64,000 nt of DNA, taken from Myxococcota bacterium (GTDB lineage: Bacteria > Myxococcota_A > SURF-8). The notes below the pieces were generated by a model. That model had not been told where the DNA came from. It made no database searches and worked only from the letters and a program-made list of their open reading frames with translations. The DNA lies in NCBI GenBank assembly GCA_963674735.2, contig CAXXQS010000001.1, forward strand, positions 1,280,001 through 1,344,000. The letters are read 5' to 3'. Made by a program: the position numbers and the translations under genes. Below are positions 56,010 to 64,000 of the stretch, piece by piece (positions within the stretch are counted from its first letter, which is position 1; every line of letters starts with the position of its first letter).

Positions 56010-56444
56010 ATGATGCAGGATTTGGAAAGCCGTATCCGCGCTTTGATTACGCCGAAACAGCTTTCAGTACTGGCGACGCTTACACCCGATGGCCGTGCAT
56101 GGGCGCGCTACATGGTGAGTTTCGGTCAAGACGATTTCAGTATCATCTACGCCACCTACTCGGGCTCACGCAAGGTGAAGAATATCGAACGCAACCCGCG
56201 CGTGCATGTCACGATGGGCGCGAAAGAGGCCATGGAGCCGGTCGACTATCTGCAGGTTGTCGGAATGGCCGAGGTTTTGACGGATGAAAATTCGCGTCAT
56301 CATTACTGGCAGAACGATTTTACGGCCTTCTTTTCCGGCCCCGACGACCCTTCGTATGCCGTCATTCGCGTGGTGCCGGAGCGTATCGAATACGTCAGCA
56401 TGCGTGAACTCAACCACGCCGAAACGGAAATCTGGGAGGCTTAA
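56010..56444 (+). CDS. Pyridoxamine-5'-phosphate-oxidase-like / general stress protein 26 family
   Basis: VLATLTPDGRAWARYM, SRKVKNIERNPRV, FSGPDDPSYAVIRVVP. Confidence 0.85.
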   Translation: MMQDLESRIRALITPKQLSVLATLTPDGRAWARYMVSFGQDDFSIIYATYSGSRKVKNIERNPRVHVTMGAKEAMEPVDYLQVVGMAEVLTDENSRHHYWQNDFTAFFSGPDDPSYAVIRVVPERIEYVSMRELNHAETEIWEA

Positions 56445-57167
56445 CGCCTGGGCTTTTTCGCCCGCTGCGCCGTTGCGTGTATTGGCCGTGACCCACGAAA
56501 ATCGTCGTATCGTCAACATTCGTCTGACAGGGCAAATCTTTGCCTGATTGCCGCAGCAGGTGGCAATTCGCTCCATGCGCTCGCTGCGCTGTTTTTCGCA
56601 GCCGAAATTTTCATTTGTTGAAATCATTGGGTTTTTCGCCTTCAAAATAGGGGGTCGGCGTCTTTTCCTACCAACTTACCGGGTTGGGCGTAATACGTCA
56701 CATGTGGCGGTCGGTGTCGGGACACCGTAAAAGGCGGTAGAAGACTACGAGTTCAGCAACGTCTCGGCTTCAAACTGAAAAAGGGTTGGATTATTCGATA
56801 CATAAGGCTGTGTTGCAGAAAGACGAAACGGGGGCGGATGCGTCACAGTTTGCAAAACGGGTAGGCTTTTCACGGGAATAATCCATATAGTGAGTATATT
56901 GTCCGTGCCCGCTTTCATTGTGGTACTCTTAAGTGACTGATATCACATTACAATGTCCTCTTTTCCGGTTTTGCCCCAAGATGAGAAAGAGAAAGAGGGT
57001 GAATAATTGAAATAGGCCAGTAATATTATGGTGATAGAAAGTCGTAACAGAGTGTTTCACGCGATTCGTGCTCGATTCGAGATGCGGATTCGGCGGTTTT
57101 CAAGCTGCCTGGATCGACCGGACAGACAGCGACATTGTAAGTCATATAATGAACCAATTATACCAGT

Positions 57168-57191
57168 AAAAAGCCGGGCATAAGCCCGGCT
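57168..57191 (-). terminator. Intrinsic terminator of lon
   Basis: aaaaAGCCGGGC-ataa-GCCCGGCT. Confidence 0.8.
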
Positions 57192-57257
57192 GATGAGAAT
57201 AATTTCAGAGGTCGAAAACCGCAACGAGGCAAATGTCCGTTCCTCATCCGGCTTCGC

Positions 57258-59612
57258 TCAGTGCCGATTGAGACCGAGGGAATGATGCAGCACTTCATCC
57301 ATCTCCTTGACGAAAATGAAGTGCATGTCCTTGCGCGACGATTCGGAGATATCCTCCAGGTCTTTCTCGTTGCGTTCGGGCATGAGAATCGTTTTGATCC
57401 CGGCCCGCTTGGCCGCCAGCACTTTTTCCTTGATGCCGCCCACCGGCAGAACCGCGCCGCGCAACGTGATTTCGCCGGTCATGGCCACATCGTGGTGGAT
57501 GGGCGCTTTGACTAATAGAGAAGTCAAGGCCGCCATCATGGTGACGCCCGCGCTGGGGCCGTCTTTGGGGATGCTGCCCGCCGGGACATGCAGATGCAGG
57601 TCGTGGCTGGCGAACAAATCCTCATCGATATCAAGCACATCCGATTTCGAGCGGATGTAGCTGAGCGCCGCTTGGGCCGATTCTTTCATCACGTCGCCCA
57701 GTTGACCGGTGAGCACCAGCGCGCCTTTGCCCTTCATCATCGTCGCTTCGACGAACAGAATGTCGCCGCCGACGGGCGTCCAGGCGAGGCCGGTGGCGAC
57801 GCCGGTGCGCGAGACACGCTCCGCCACTTCGCTATAAAATTTGCGCTGACCGAGGATTTTTTCCACTTGGTCGGTGTCGATGTGGGTGGGGGCGGTGAGG
57901 CCGAAGGCTACGTTCTTAGCCACCGAACGACACACCGACGCGATTTCGCGTTTCAGATTGCGGACGCCCGCTTCCTTGGTGTAGCCGTTGATGATGAAGC
58001 TCAGGGCGTCGTCGCCGAAATCGATCAGATCGTCGGTCAATCCATGATCGACCACGTTTTCGGGAATCAGATAACGCCGCGCGATATGCAGCTTCTCTTC
58101 TTCGGTGTAGCCCGGAATGTTGATGACTTCCATGCGGTCGAGCAGAGCCGGCGGCACCGTGTCGAGCGTGTTGGCGGTGGTGATGAACAGCGCGTTTCTG
58201 AGATCGAAGGGGACGTCGATGTAATGATCGGAGAAGGCGTAGTTCTGTTCGGGATCGAGCACTTCCAAAAGGGCCGAGGCGGGATCGCCGCGAAAATCGC
58301 GTCCCAGTTTCTCGATTTCGTCGAGCATGAAAACGGGATTGTTGGTGCCGGTTTTCTTGAGCCCCTTAATGATACGCCCCGGCAGGGCGCCGATGTAGGT
58401 GCGCCGGTGGCCGCGAATCTCGGCTTCGTCGTGAACGCCGCCGAGCGACATGCGGTGAAACTCGCGTCCCAGCGCCTTCGCGATGGAACGACCCAGGGAC
58501 GTTTTGCCGACTCCCGGAGGCCCCTGCAGGCACAAGATCGGACCGCGCAGATCGCTTTTCAGCTTGCGGACGGCCAGAAATTCGATGATGCGGCGCTTCA
58601 CTTTTTCCAGGTCGTAGTGGTCTTCGTTGAGGATTTTTTCGGCCTGCTTGAGATCGATATCCACGTCGGACGACTTGGACCAAGGCAGTTCGACCATCCA
58701 ATCGAGGTAAGTCCGCACGACTTGGTATTCGGGAGAGCTGGTGTGCATGCGCGCCAGTCGTTTCAACTCTTTCATCGAAGCCTCATGCGCCTCTTCGGGC
58801 ATTCCGGCGTCTTCGATGGACTGGCGCAGCTTCTCCATTTCTTCCTGATTGCCGTCGGTTTCGCCAAGCTCTTTCTGGATGGCCTTCATCTGCTCGCGCA
58901 GATACACTTCACGCTGGTGGTTGTCGATTTTGTCTTTGACTTCCGTCTGGATTTTGTTGCCAAGCTCCAGAACCTCGACTTCACGGGTGATGATCTCGGT
59001 CACTTGCTTGAGACGATCCTTGATGGCAAGTGTTTCGAGCTGTTTTTGTTTCTCTTCAACCTCGATATCCAGATAATGAGACACCATATCGGCCAAATAG
59101 GCCGGGGTCGGCGCTTTGTCCACCAGGATGGTCGCCTCATCGGGAATACTGGGAGAGAGGCGAATGTAGCGGTGAATGATCTGCTTGAGATTTTTCGTGA
59201 TGGCGCGGATATCCAAGTCGTCGTCCGCTGCGGGTGCATCGGCGAAATATTCCACGCGGGCGATGTGATAAGGTTCCTCTTCGATCATTTCGACGATGCG
59301 AAAGCGAACCAGCCCCTGCACCAGCACGCTGGCGGTGGACTGTGAAATATCCGAGGTGCGCAGAATCTTGGAGATAGTCCCGTAGCGGTACAGATCGTCG
59401 TCACCGGGATAATCCACGTTTCCGTCGAATTGCGCCACCACCCCCATGTATTCGCTCGATCCGACCACTTCTCGCAACAACTTCAGGGAGCGGTCGCGCC
59501 CGATGGAAAGCGGCAGCGTCATGTATGGGAACAGTACCGTATTGCGAACCGGCAAAAGCGCCAGTTTTTCGGGAAGATCGTTGATAATTATCGATTCCAT
59601 ACTGTCGGTCAT
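57258..59612 (-). CDS. lon: ATP-dependent protease La
   Basis: LON N-domain LPVRNTVLFP, GPPGVGKT, DEAEIRGHRRTYIGA, PKDGPSAG (Ser), GGIKEK (Lys). Confidence 0.97.
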   Translation of the reverse strand: MTDSMESIIINDLPEKLALLPVRNTVLFPYMTLPLSIGRDRSLKLLREVVGSSEYMGVVAQFDGNVDYPGDDDLYRYGTISKILRTSDISQSTASVLVQGLVRFRIVEMIEEEPYHIARVEYFADAPAADDDLDIRAITKNLKQIIHRYIRLSPSIPDEATILVDKAPTPAYLADMVSHYLDIEVEEKQKQLETLAIKDRLKQVTEIITREVEVLELGNKIQTEVKDKIDNHQREVYLREQMKAIQKELGETDGNQEEMEKLRQSIEDAGMPEEAHEASMKELKRLARMHTSSPEYQVVRTYLDWMVELPWSKSSDVDIDLKQAEKILNEDHYDLEKVKRRIIEFLAVRKLKSDLRGPILCLQGPPGVGKTSLGRSIAKALGREFHRMSLGGVHDEAEIRGHRRTYIGALPGRIIKGLKKTGTNNPVFMLDEIEKLGRDFRGDPASALLEVLDPEQNYAFSDHYIDVPFDLRNALFITTANTLDTVPPALLDRMEVINIPGYTEEEKLHIARRYLIPENVVDHGLTDDLIDFGDDALSFIINGYTKEAGVRNLKREIASVCRSVAKNVAFGLTAPTHIDTDQVEKILGQRKFYSEVAERVSRTGVATGLAWTPVGGDILFVEATMMKGKGALVLTGQLGDVMKESAQAALSYIRSKSDVLDIDEDLFASHDLHLHVPAGSIPKDGPSAGVTMMAALTSLLVKAPIHHDVAMTGEITLRGAVLPVGGIKEKVLAAKRAGIKTILMPERNEKDLEDISESSRKDMHFIFVKEMDEVLHHSLGLNRH

Positions 59613-59917
59613 GTCAACACCACCTGATTCGGTTTTAAAAGCTTAAAATGCCTATCGAGTTAAACGATTGAAGCTAATATAAGAGCGCGGATACCTGCTG
59701 TCAAGGCTCGCCCGTCTCTTAACTCGATAGATCGGCAAAGCGGCGGTTGTATTTCGCCTGTTTTTAAAATACAGTTGGAATGACTTACGATTTTGGAAAA
59801 TCATGTCAAACGGATGGTCGGACAAAATGCTCATTGTAGAGAGCGAACAGGCCAAAGTGCAGAAAATCCGAACAAAGACGGCCAAACAGATCGTCGAAAT
59901 GGGGTTAGGAGCGCTTC

Positions 59918-60097
59918 ATGACTGTTGACGAGCGGAGCGAGTTACAAGTTGAAATCCGGCAGTTGGAGGCGCAATTGGCCGAGGCAAACGCGCGTTTGCC
60001 GGCTCATTCGATCCGTCCTCACCAATTGATGGAAGTGGAAGAGCTGGAGGAACGGCTGGCGGCGCTTGTCACGCGTCTGAAAGCGCTGGAGGGCTGA
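59918..60097 (+). CDS. Small coiled-coil protein (59 aa) with LPAHSIRP motif (not in the ORF track)
   Basis: AGGAG RBS; MTVDERSELQVEIRQLEAQLAEANARLPAHSIRPHQLMEVEELEERLAALVTRLKALEG. Confidence 0.7.
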   Translation: MTVDERSELQVEIRQLEAQLAEANARLPAHSIRPHQLMEVEELEERLAALVTRLKALEG

Positions 60098-60125
60098 AAA
60101 AGGCCCTGTGTCGTGTCGGGGATAA

Positions 60126-60154
60126 TTGACAGCCCCATCTATTCGGTGTAGAGT
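60126..60154 (+). promoter_or_regulatory. Putative sigma70 promoter for the Nfu gene
   Basis: TTGACA (60126-60131), 17 nt, TAGAGT. Confidence 0.5.
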
Positions 60155-60224
60155 TGAGTCAGTAAACCCGTAGTCGGGTGCCACACGCCCGGGCGGTTTC
60201 CGATCGCCCGAAAAGGAGGTTTGT

Positions 60225-60452
60225 ATGCTGGATCGCGATGCGATTGAGAAAGTTGTCAACGAGCGCATTCGCCCCGGTCTGATGATGGACGGCGGCAACA
60301 TCGAAATCGTCAATATCGAAGATGACAAAATTTTCGTCCGCCTGGTAGGGGCCTGCGGCAGTTGTCCGGGTGCGCAGATGACCTTGAAAATGGGAGTCGA
60401 GCGTATTTTGAAAAGCGAATTCGCCGACTTGCAGGAAGTGGTTCCGGTCTAA
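60225..60452 (+). CDS. Stand-alone NifU C-terminal (Nfu) Fe-S carrier
   Basis: IRPGLMMDGGNIE...LVGACGSCPGAQMTLKMGVE; AAGGAGG RBS. Confidence 0.93.
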   Translation: MLDRDAIEKVVNERIRPGLMMDGGNIEIVNIEDDKIFVRLVGACGSCPGAQMTLKMGVERILKSEFADLQEVVPV

Positions 60453-60557
60453 ACAGCCGGTTCCGTCGTGAAGCGCGCAAACGGGAAGCTTCCGCCGTCA
60501 TAGCGGTCGGCTTCCCGTTTTTTTATACCCCGAATAAACCGAGCGGGAGGAGATGGC

Positions 60558-60971
60558 ATGCTGAAGCGAATCGGTATTTCGTTGGAAGAAGACCTTCTGG
60601 AGAAATTCGATGTGCTCATCGAGGAGCGCGGTTACACCAACCGTTCGGAGGCGGTGCGCGATCTGATCCGCAATGAACTGGTCCAGAAGGAATGGACGGA
60701 CTCGCAGCATGTCAACATGGGCGTGGCAGTGCTGGTTTACGACCATCATAAGATGGATCTGGGCCAGCGACTGACCGACGTTCAGCACGATCACCACGAT
60801 CTGATCGTTTCGACCATGCACGTGCATATCGATCATCACAACTGCCTGGAAATGATCGTGTTGCGTGGAAAACAGCGTGACATCAAGAAGTTGGGAGAAT
60901 CTCTGATCAGCGTGCGCGGCGTCAAACACGGGCGTTTCATCCCGGCGACCACCGGAGCTTCGTTGAAATAG
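60558..60971 (+). CDS. nikR: Nickel-responsive transcriptional regulator
   Basis: RHH domain KRIGISL...GYTNRSEAVRDLIR; Ni site QH...HVHIDHHNCLE. Confidence 0.95.
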   Translation: MLKRIGISLEEDLLEKFDVLIEERGYTNRSEAVRDLIRNELVQKEWTDSQHVNMGVAVLVYDHHKMDLGQRLTDVQHDHHDLIVSTMHVHIDHHNCLEMIVLRGKQRDIKKLGESLISVRGVKHGRFIPATTGASLK

Positions 60972-61189
60972 GCGGATTCGCCGCTTTTTTCGGATCCGCT
61001 TTGTCCGGCCGGGTTTTCTTCGGTCGGCTTCTCTTTTTTACCTCTTTGTTGCAATTCCACCCGAATCGGCCCCGATCTTTCCGTGAAACCCGTTGACCTT
61101 CATCCACATAATCAGCTAACATACTGCAAACAATTCGAATCCGCCGCCCGACATTAGGCTGCAAGAATTTGTATTCACTGAACAACAGG

Positions 61190-62260
61190 ATGATTACCAT
61201 GCTTCCATCGTCGTTGATCCGTATGGTTTCGCGTGTGGGTTGGCTGCTGCCGCTCGTGCTGTTAGTGGCGGCTTCCGGGTGCAGCGACGAAAACGAGCAA
61301 GTGGACGGCGATTCGGATCTTGTTCCCGCCGATGAAGAGACATTTGAGCAAACGAATCCGGATGGGGATGTGGACGAGACCGAGTTGGATTCGGATGGAG
61401 ATGCCGATTTAGACGAGATGGAAGGGGAGGGCGCAGGCGAGTCGGAAGGTGAAGTGGAGCATGAAGAAGTGGACGTCTTCGCGAATGGCTGCAACGGGTT
61501 TGATGTATTATGCGATCGCCGTTTCGATCAGGTAGCCTATGCCACCACCCACAACGCCATGTCGAACCAGGCCGATGGCTGGGTCGCCCCCAACCAGACC
61601 TACGGACTGCGCCGCCAGCTCGATGACGGCATCCGCGCCATGATGATCGACAGCTACGAATACGAGGACGACGCCTATCTCTGCCACGGCGACTGTCTTT
61701 TCGGCAGCATCAAGCTGGTTGAGGCTCTGGGCATTCTGAACGATTTTCTGGATGCGCATCCGGCCGAGGTGTTGACGCTGATTTTCGAGGACTATCTGGG
61801 TTTCGAAAAAACGGCGGCCGCCTTTACGGAAAGCGGACTGGCGCAGCGGGTGTATCATCACGATGCCGAAATCGGCTGGCCGACATTGCGCGATATGATC
61901 GCCGCCGACCGGCGGGTGGTCGTTTTATCCGATACCGGAGCGGATGACGACGGCTGGTATCTGAGATTGTTCGACCACTGTTTCGAAACGGACTGGGCCA
62001 ATAAAAAGCCCGAGGACTTCAGTTGCGACGACAATCGCGGCGATCCCGACAACGCCTTGTTCATCCTGAACCACTTCCTCACCAATCCGCTGGCCTCCAG
62101 CACACTGGCGGAGCAGGTCAACCACAACCCGTTTTTCCAGGAACGTGCGCAATCCTGCCGCGACCGCTACAGCCGCATCCTCAACTTCGTCACGGTGGAT
62201 TTTTACGACATCGGCGATGTTTTGGCGGTGACCGACAGCTTGAATGGAGTGGGCGAGTAA
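61190..62260 (+). CDS. Lipoprotein with DGD/acidic linker and PI-PLC X-domain-like phosphodiesterase (start uncertain)
   Basis: Lipobox ASGC; CNG...LCDRRFDQVAYATTHNA, NQ, QLDDGIRAMMID, LCHG, EVLTLIFEDY, NFVTVDFY. Confidence 0.82.
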   Translation: MITMLPSSLIRMVSRVGWLLPLVLLVAASGCSDENEQVDGDSDLVPADEETFEQTNPDGDVDETELDSDGDADLDEMEGEGAGESEGEVEHEEVDVFANGCNGFDVLCDRRFDQVAYATTHNAMSNQADGWVAPNQTYGLRRQLDDGIRAMMIDSYEYEDDAYLCHGDCLFGSIKLVEALGILNDFLDAHPAEVLTLIFEDYLGFEKTAAAFTESGLAQRVYHHDAEIGWPTLRDMIAADRRVVVLSDTGADDDGWYLRLFDHCFETDWANKKPEDFSCDDNRGDPDNALFILNHFLTNPLASSTLAEQVNHNPFFQERAQSCRDRYSRILNFVTVDFYDIGDVLAVTDSLNGVGE

Positions 62261-62265
62261 GCCAA

Positions 62266-62791
62266 ATGTCGAGAGGCCGAACTGTACGAGAATTGGTTGC
62301 CTTTTACGAATTATCCGATCTCCGGGACTTGATCTGGGCAAGAGATATTCAGATAAAAGGCAAAGTTCCCTCGGAATTCAGAGGCCTTCGTTGTTTTGTG
62401 CCTGTCAGCAAACCTGGAAATCCTACATGAATACTGGATTAAAGGGACGCGTCGCGCCACCACGATAGATCCCAACGCCGTGTTCCGCGACCTGCTCAGC
62501 CTTGATGCCCATGCGGTGATTGTCGCACACAATCACCCGTCCGGCAACCTGTTACCCAGCCTCGACGACCACCGCCTCACGGAGCGCCTGGTGTTTTATT
62601 CGGCCATGACGGACATCGAACTTGTGGACCATATCATCGTGGCCGGTAGGCAATTCTACAGCTTCGCCGAGGCCGGGGATCTGCAAGGCATCAGGGATCG
62701 GCAACTGGTCGATGACCTGGAGTTCTATCTCCAGAGCAACCCCGGGGATTCGGCTTTGAGAGAAGAATTGAGGAAGGCGATAAAGTGCTAG
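62266..62791 (+). pseudogene. RadC-like JAB-domain gene with a frameshifted 5' part
   Basis: EAFVVLCLS...HNHPSGNLLPSLDD...LVDHIIV JAB motif. Its frame has TAA at 62354; RadC-like N-terminal pieces (MSRGRTVRELVAFY, IIRSP) lie in the other two frames. Confidence 0.7.
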
Positions 62792-62884
62792 TGTTAGCTT
62801 GTGGAATTGGGTCGTATTTTATGCCGTGACACCTTAGTGATGGCTCTTTCATTTTCCCGATTCATTTTCCCTTTTTGTGGCTTA

Positions 62885-63325
62885 TCATGTCTCTTTCGCT
62901 TCAAGGATATTATTGATTTGCTCTATCAATTGCGGAATAATAAAAGGTTTTGCAATAACCTTGACCTTATCAGGATATAGAAAGTCTTTCGTTATTTCGC
63001 CGCAACTAGCATCTGCCGAACATATTATTATTGGAGTTCGGGGGTCAGCGGATTCCCAGCTAGTTTTGAATTCGCCGCGTTGAAAACTGGACATTAAAAC
63101 TAGGCCTGTCTTTTGGTAGGGACAATTAAGCGGTCCATTGGGCATCATGATATCCGTAATAACCAAATCTATTGTTTCACTACTAAGCCTCTCGATGGCC
63201 GTCTCCACATCGCTTGCCGTCATTACCTCAAACTCATTTTCGTTCAGAATTAGCATTGCCGATGTTGAAAAACAGATTTCATCATCTACTAAAAGGATCC
63301 GAGGCTTAGAGCTTTTACGTTTCAT
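62885..63325 (-). CDS. Single-domain response regulator (receiver)
   Basis: RILLVDDE, DLVITDIMMP, IICSA, KPF. Confidence 0.85.
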   Translation of the reverse strand: MKRKSSKPRILLVDDEICFSTSAMLILNENEFEVMTASDVETAIERLSSETIDLVITDIMMPNGPLNCPYQKTGLVLMSSFQRGEFKTSWESADPRTPIIICSADASCGEITKDFLYPDKVKVIAKPFIIPQLIEQINNILEAKET

Positions 63326-63371
63326 GGTTCTAGCCTTTCCGGTCTTTGGGCAAGCGGGGAGCTGGACTACA

Positions 63372-63797
63372 CTATCGGCCGAATGACTTTCTAATTTTCG
63401 CAGCTTTGGCTTCAAAATTATCGATTTTTGAGAGATAGCCGACATTAGAACTCGAGGTGGGCATATCGTCTTTTCTCATTACAGAGTGAAATAATACTGG
63501 AACTTCGGGATTGGTTGATTGCGCGCCAATTTTGAAATCACCCCGCCGCAAATGGGATATCAGGACTAGGCCGGTAAACATTCCATACCTGCTCTCATCC
63601 TTGCTAAACGGACCAGGCGGCATCATCACATCGGTTATAATCAAATCGATCGAATCGTTTCTCAGCCGCTCAATAGCCGTTCCCACGTCACTGGCCAATA
63701 ATATTTCGTACTCCCCAGTCATTTCCAAGTATCTAATCAGGTATATGCAGCTGCTTAACTCATCGTCTATGAAAAGGATTCGATCTTTTTGTTTCAT
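63372..63797 (-). CDS. Single-domain response regulator (receiver), paralogue of the adjacent gene
   Basis: RILFIDDE, DLIITDVMMP, VLFHSV, YLSK. Confidence 0.85.
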   Translation of the reverse strand: MKQKDRILFIDDELSSCIYLIRYLEMTGEYEILLASDVGTAIERLRNDSIDLIITDVMMPPGPFSKDESRYGMFTGLVLISHLRRGDFKIGAQSTNPEVPVLFHSVMRKDDMPTSSSNVGYLSKIDNFEAKAAKIRKSFGR

Positions 63798-63801
63798 GAT
63801 G

Positions 63802-64000
63802 CTAGCATTTAATGTAGGAGGACAATTGGTTTTGGAAAAGCGTAGTGATAGCGAGCAATAGCTCTTTTTGACAATTCCACAATTCCTCACGGACCTCCGC
63901 TGCATATTGACGGATGGTGTCGTCGACATGGATATACTTATTCTTCCAGACATTCTGTTTTTCAAAATAGTCGGCGCATTCTAGCATCTTTTTCTTCGAG
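63802..64000 (-). CDS. 3' end of a hypothetical CDS entering from beyond the window
   Basis: Frame open from 64000 to TAG at 63802; ends 4 nt before the receiver gene. Confidence 0.5.
   Translation of the reverse strand, partial: SKKKMLECADYFEKQNVWKNKYIHVDDTIRQYAAEVREELWNCQKELLLAITTLFQNQLSSYIKC

Noticed and set aside
57588-59345. 585-aa plus-strand ORF opposite lon, and similar long antisense ORFs (37634-39004, 53607-54746, 54771-55964, 46026-47117)
   Set aside because: In-register antisense shadows caused by GC-rich codon bias; no motifs or RBS.
1-64000. tRNA, rRNA, riboswitch, IS or prophage genes
   Set aside because: None recognised by eye; a covariance-model search would be needed to exclude small RNAs.

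Overview
A 64-kb bacterial chromosomal segment of moderately high GC. Gene style (Cys-rich surface lipoproteins, NikR, a glycyl radical enzyme) suggests a deltaproteobacterial/Myxococcota-like, at least facultatively anaerobic organism; this is inference. Housekeeping genes: pepD, DEAD-box helicase, uup, rpsB-tsf-pyrH (no frr after pyrH), lon, Nfu, nikR. Accessory content: (i) a FadR-regulated operon with an unassigned glycyl radical enzyme, its activase and a tandem split-barrel protein; (ii) two translationally coupled class-III aminotransferase paralogues with complementary active-site losses (one keeps the PLP lysine, the other keeps the trans-acting Thr loop), followed by a Zn-dehydrogenase and divergent from a FadL-like porin plus lipoprotein. 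This is the best candidate for an undescribed system; (iii) a cyanobacterial-type 2-oxoglutarate decarboxylase/SSADH pair; (iv) many surface lipoproteins (ceramidase-like, VWA, Kelch, metzincin, clostripain, PI-PLC-like, and a ~3,000-aa Cys-rich giant with three ~610-aa repeats), six of which share an acidic 'DGD' linker; (v) a decayed RadC/JAB gene and an AT-richer right end with tandem receiver domains, probably an island edge. No rRNA, tRNA, CRISPR array, integrase or transposase was recognised. All assignments come from reading motifs by eye; no searches were run.
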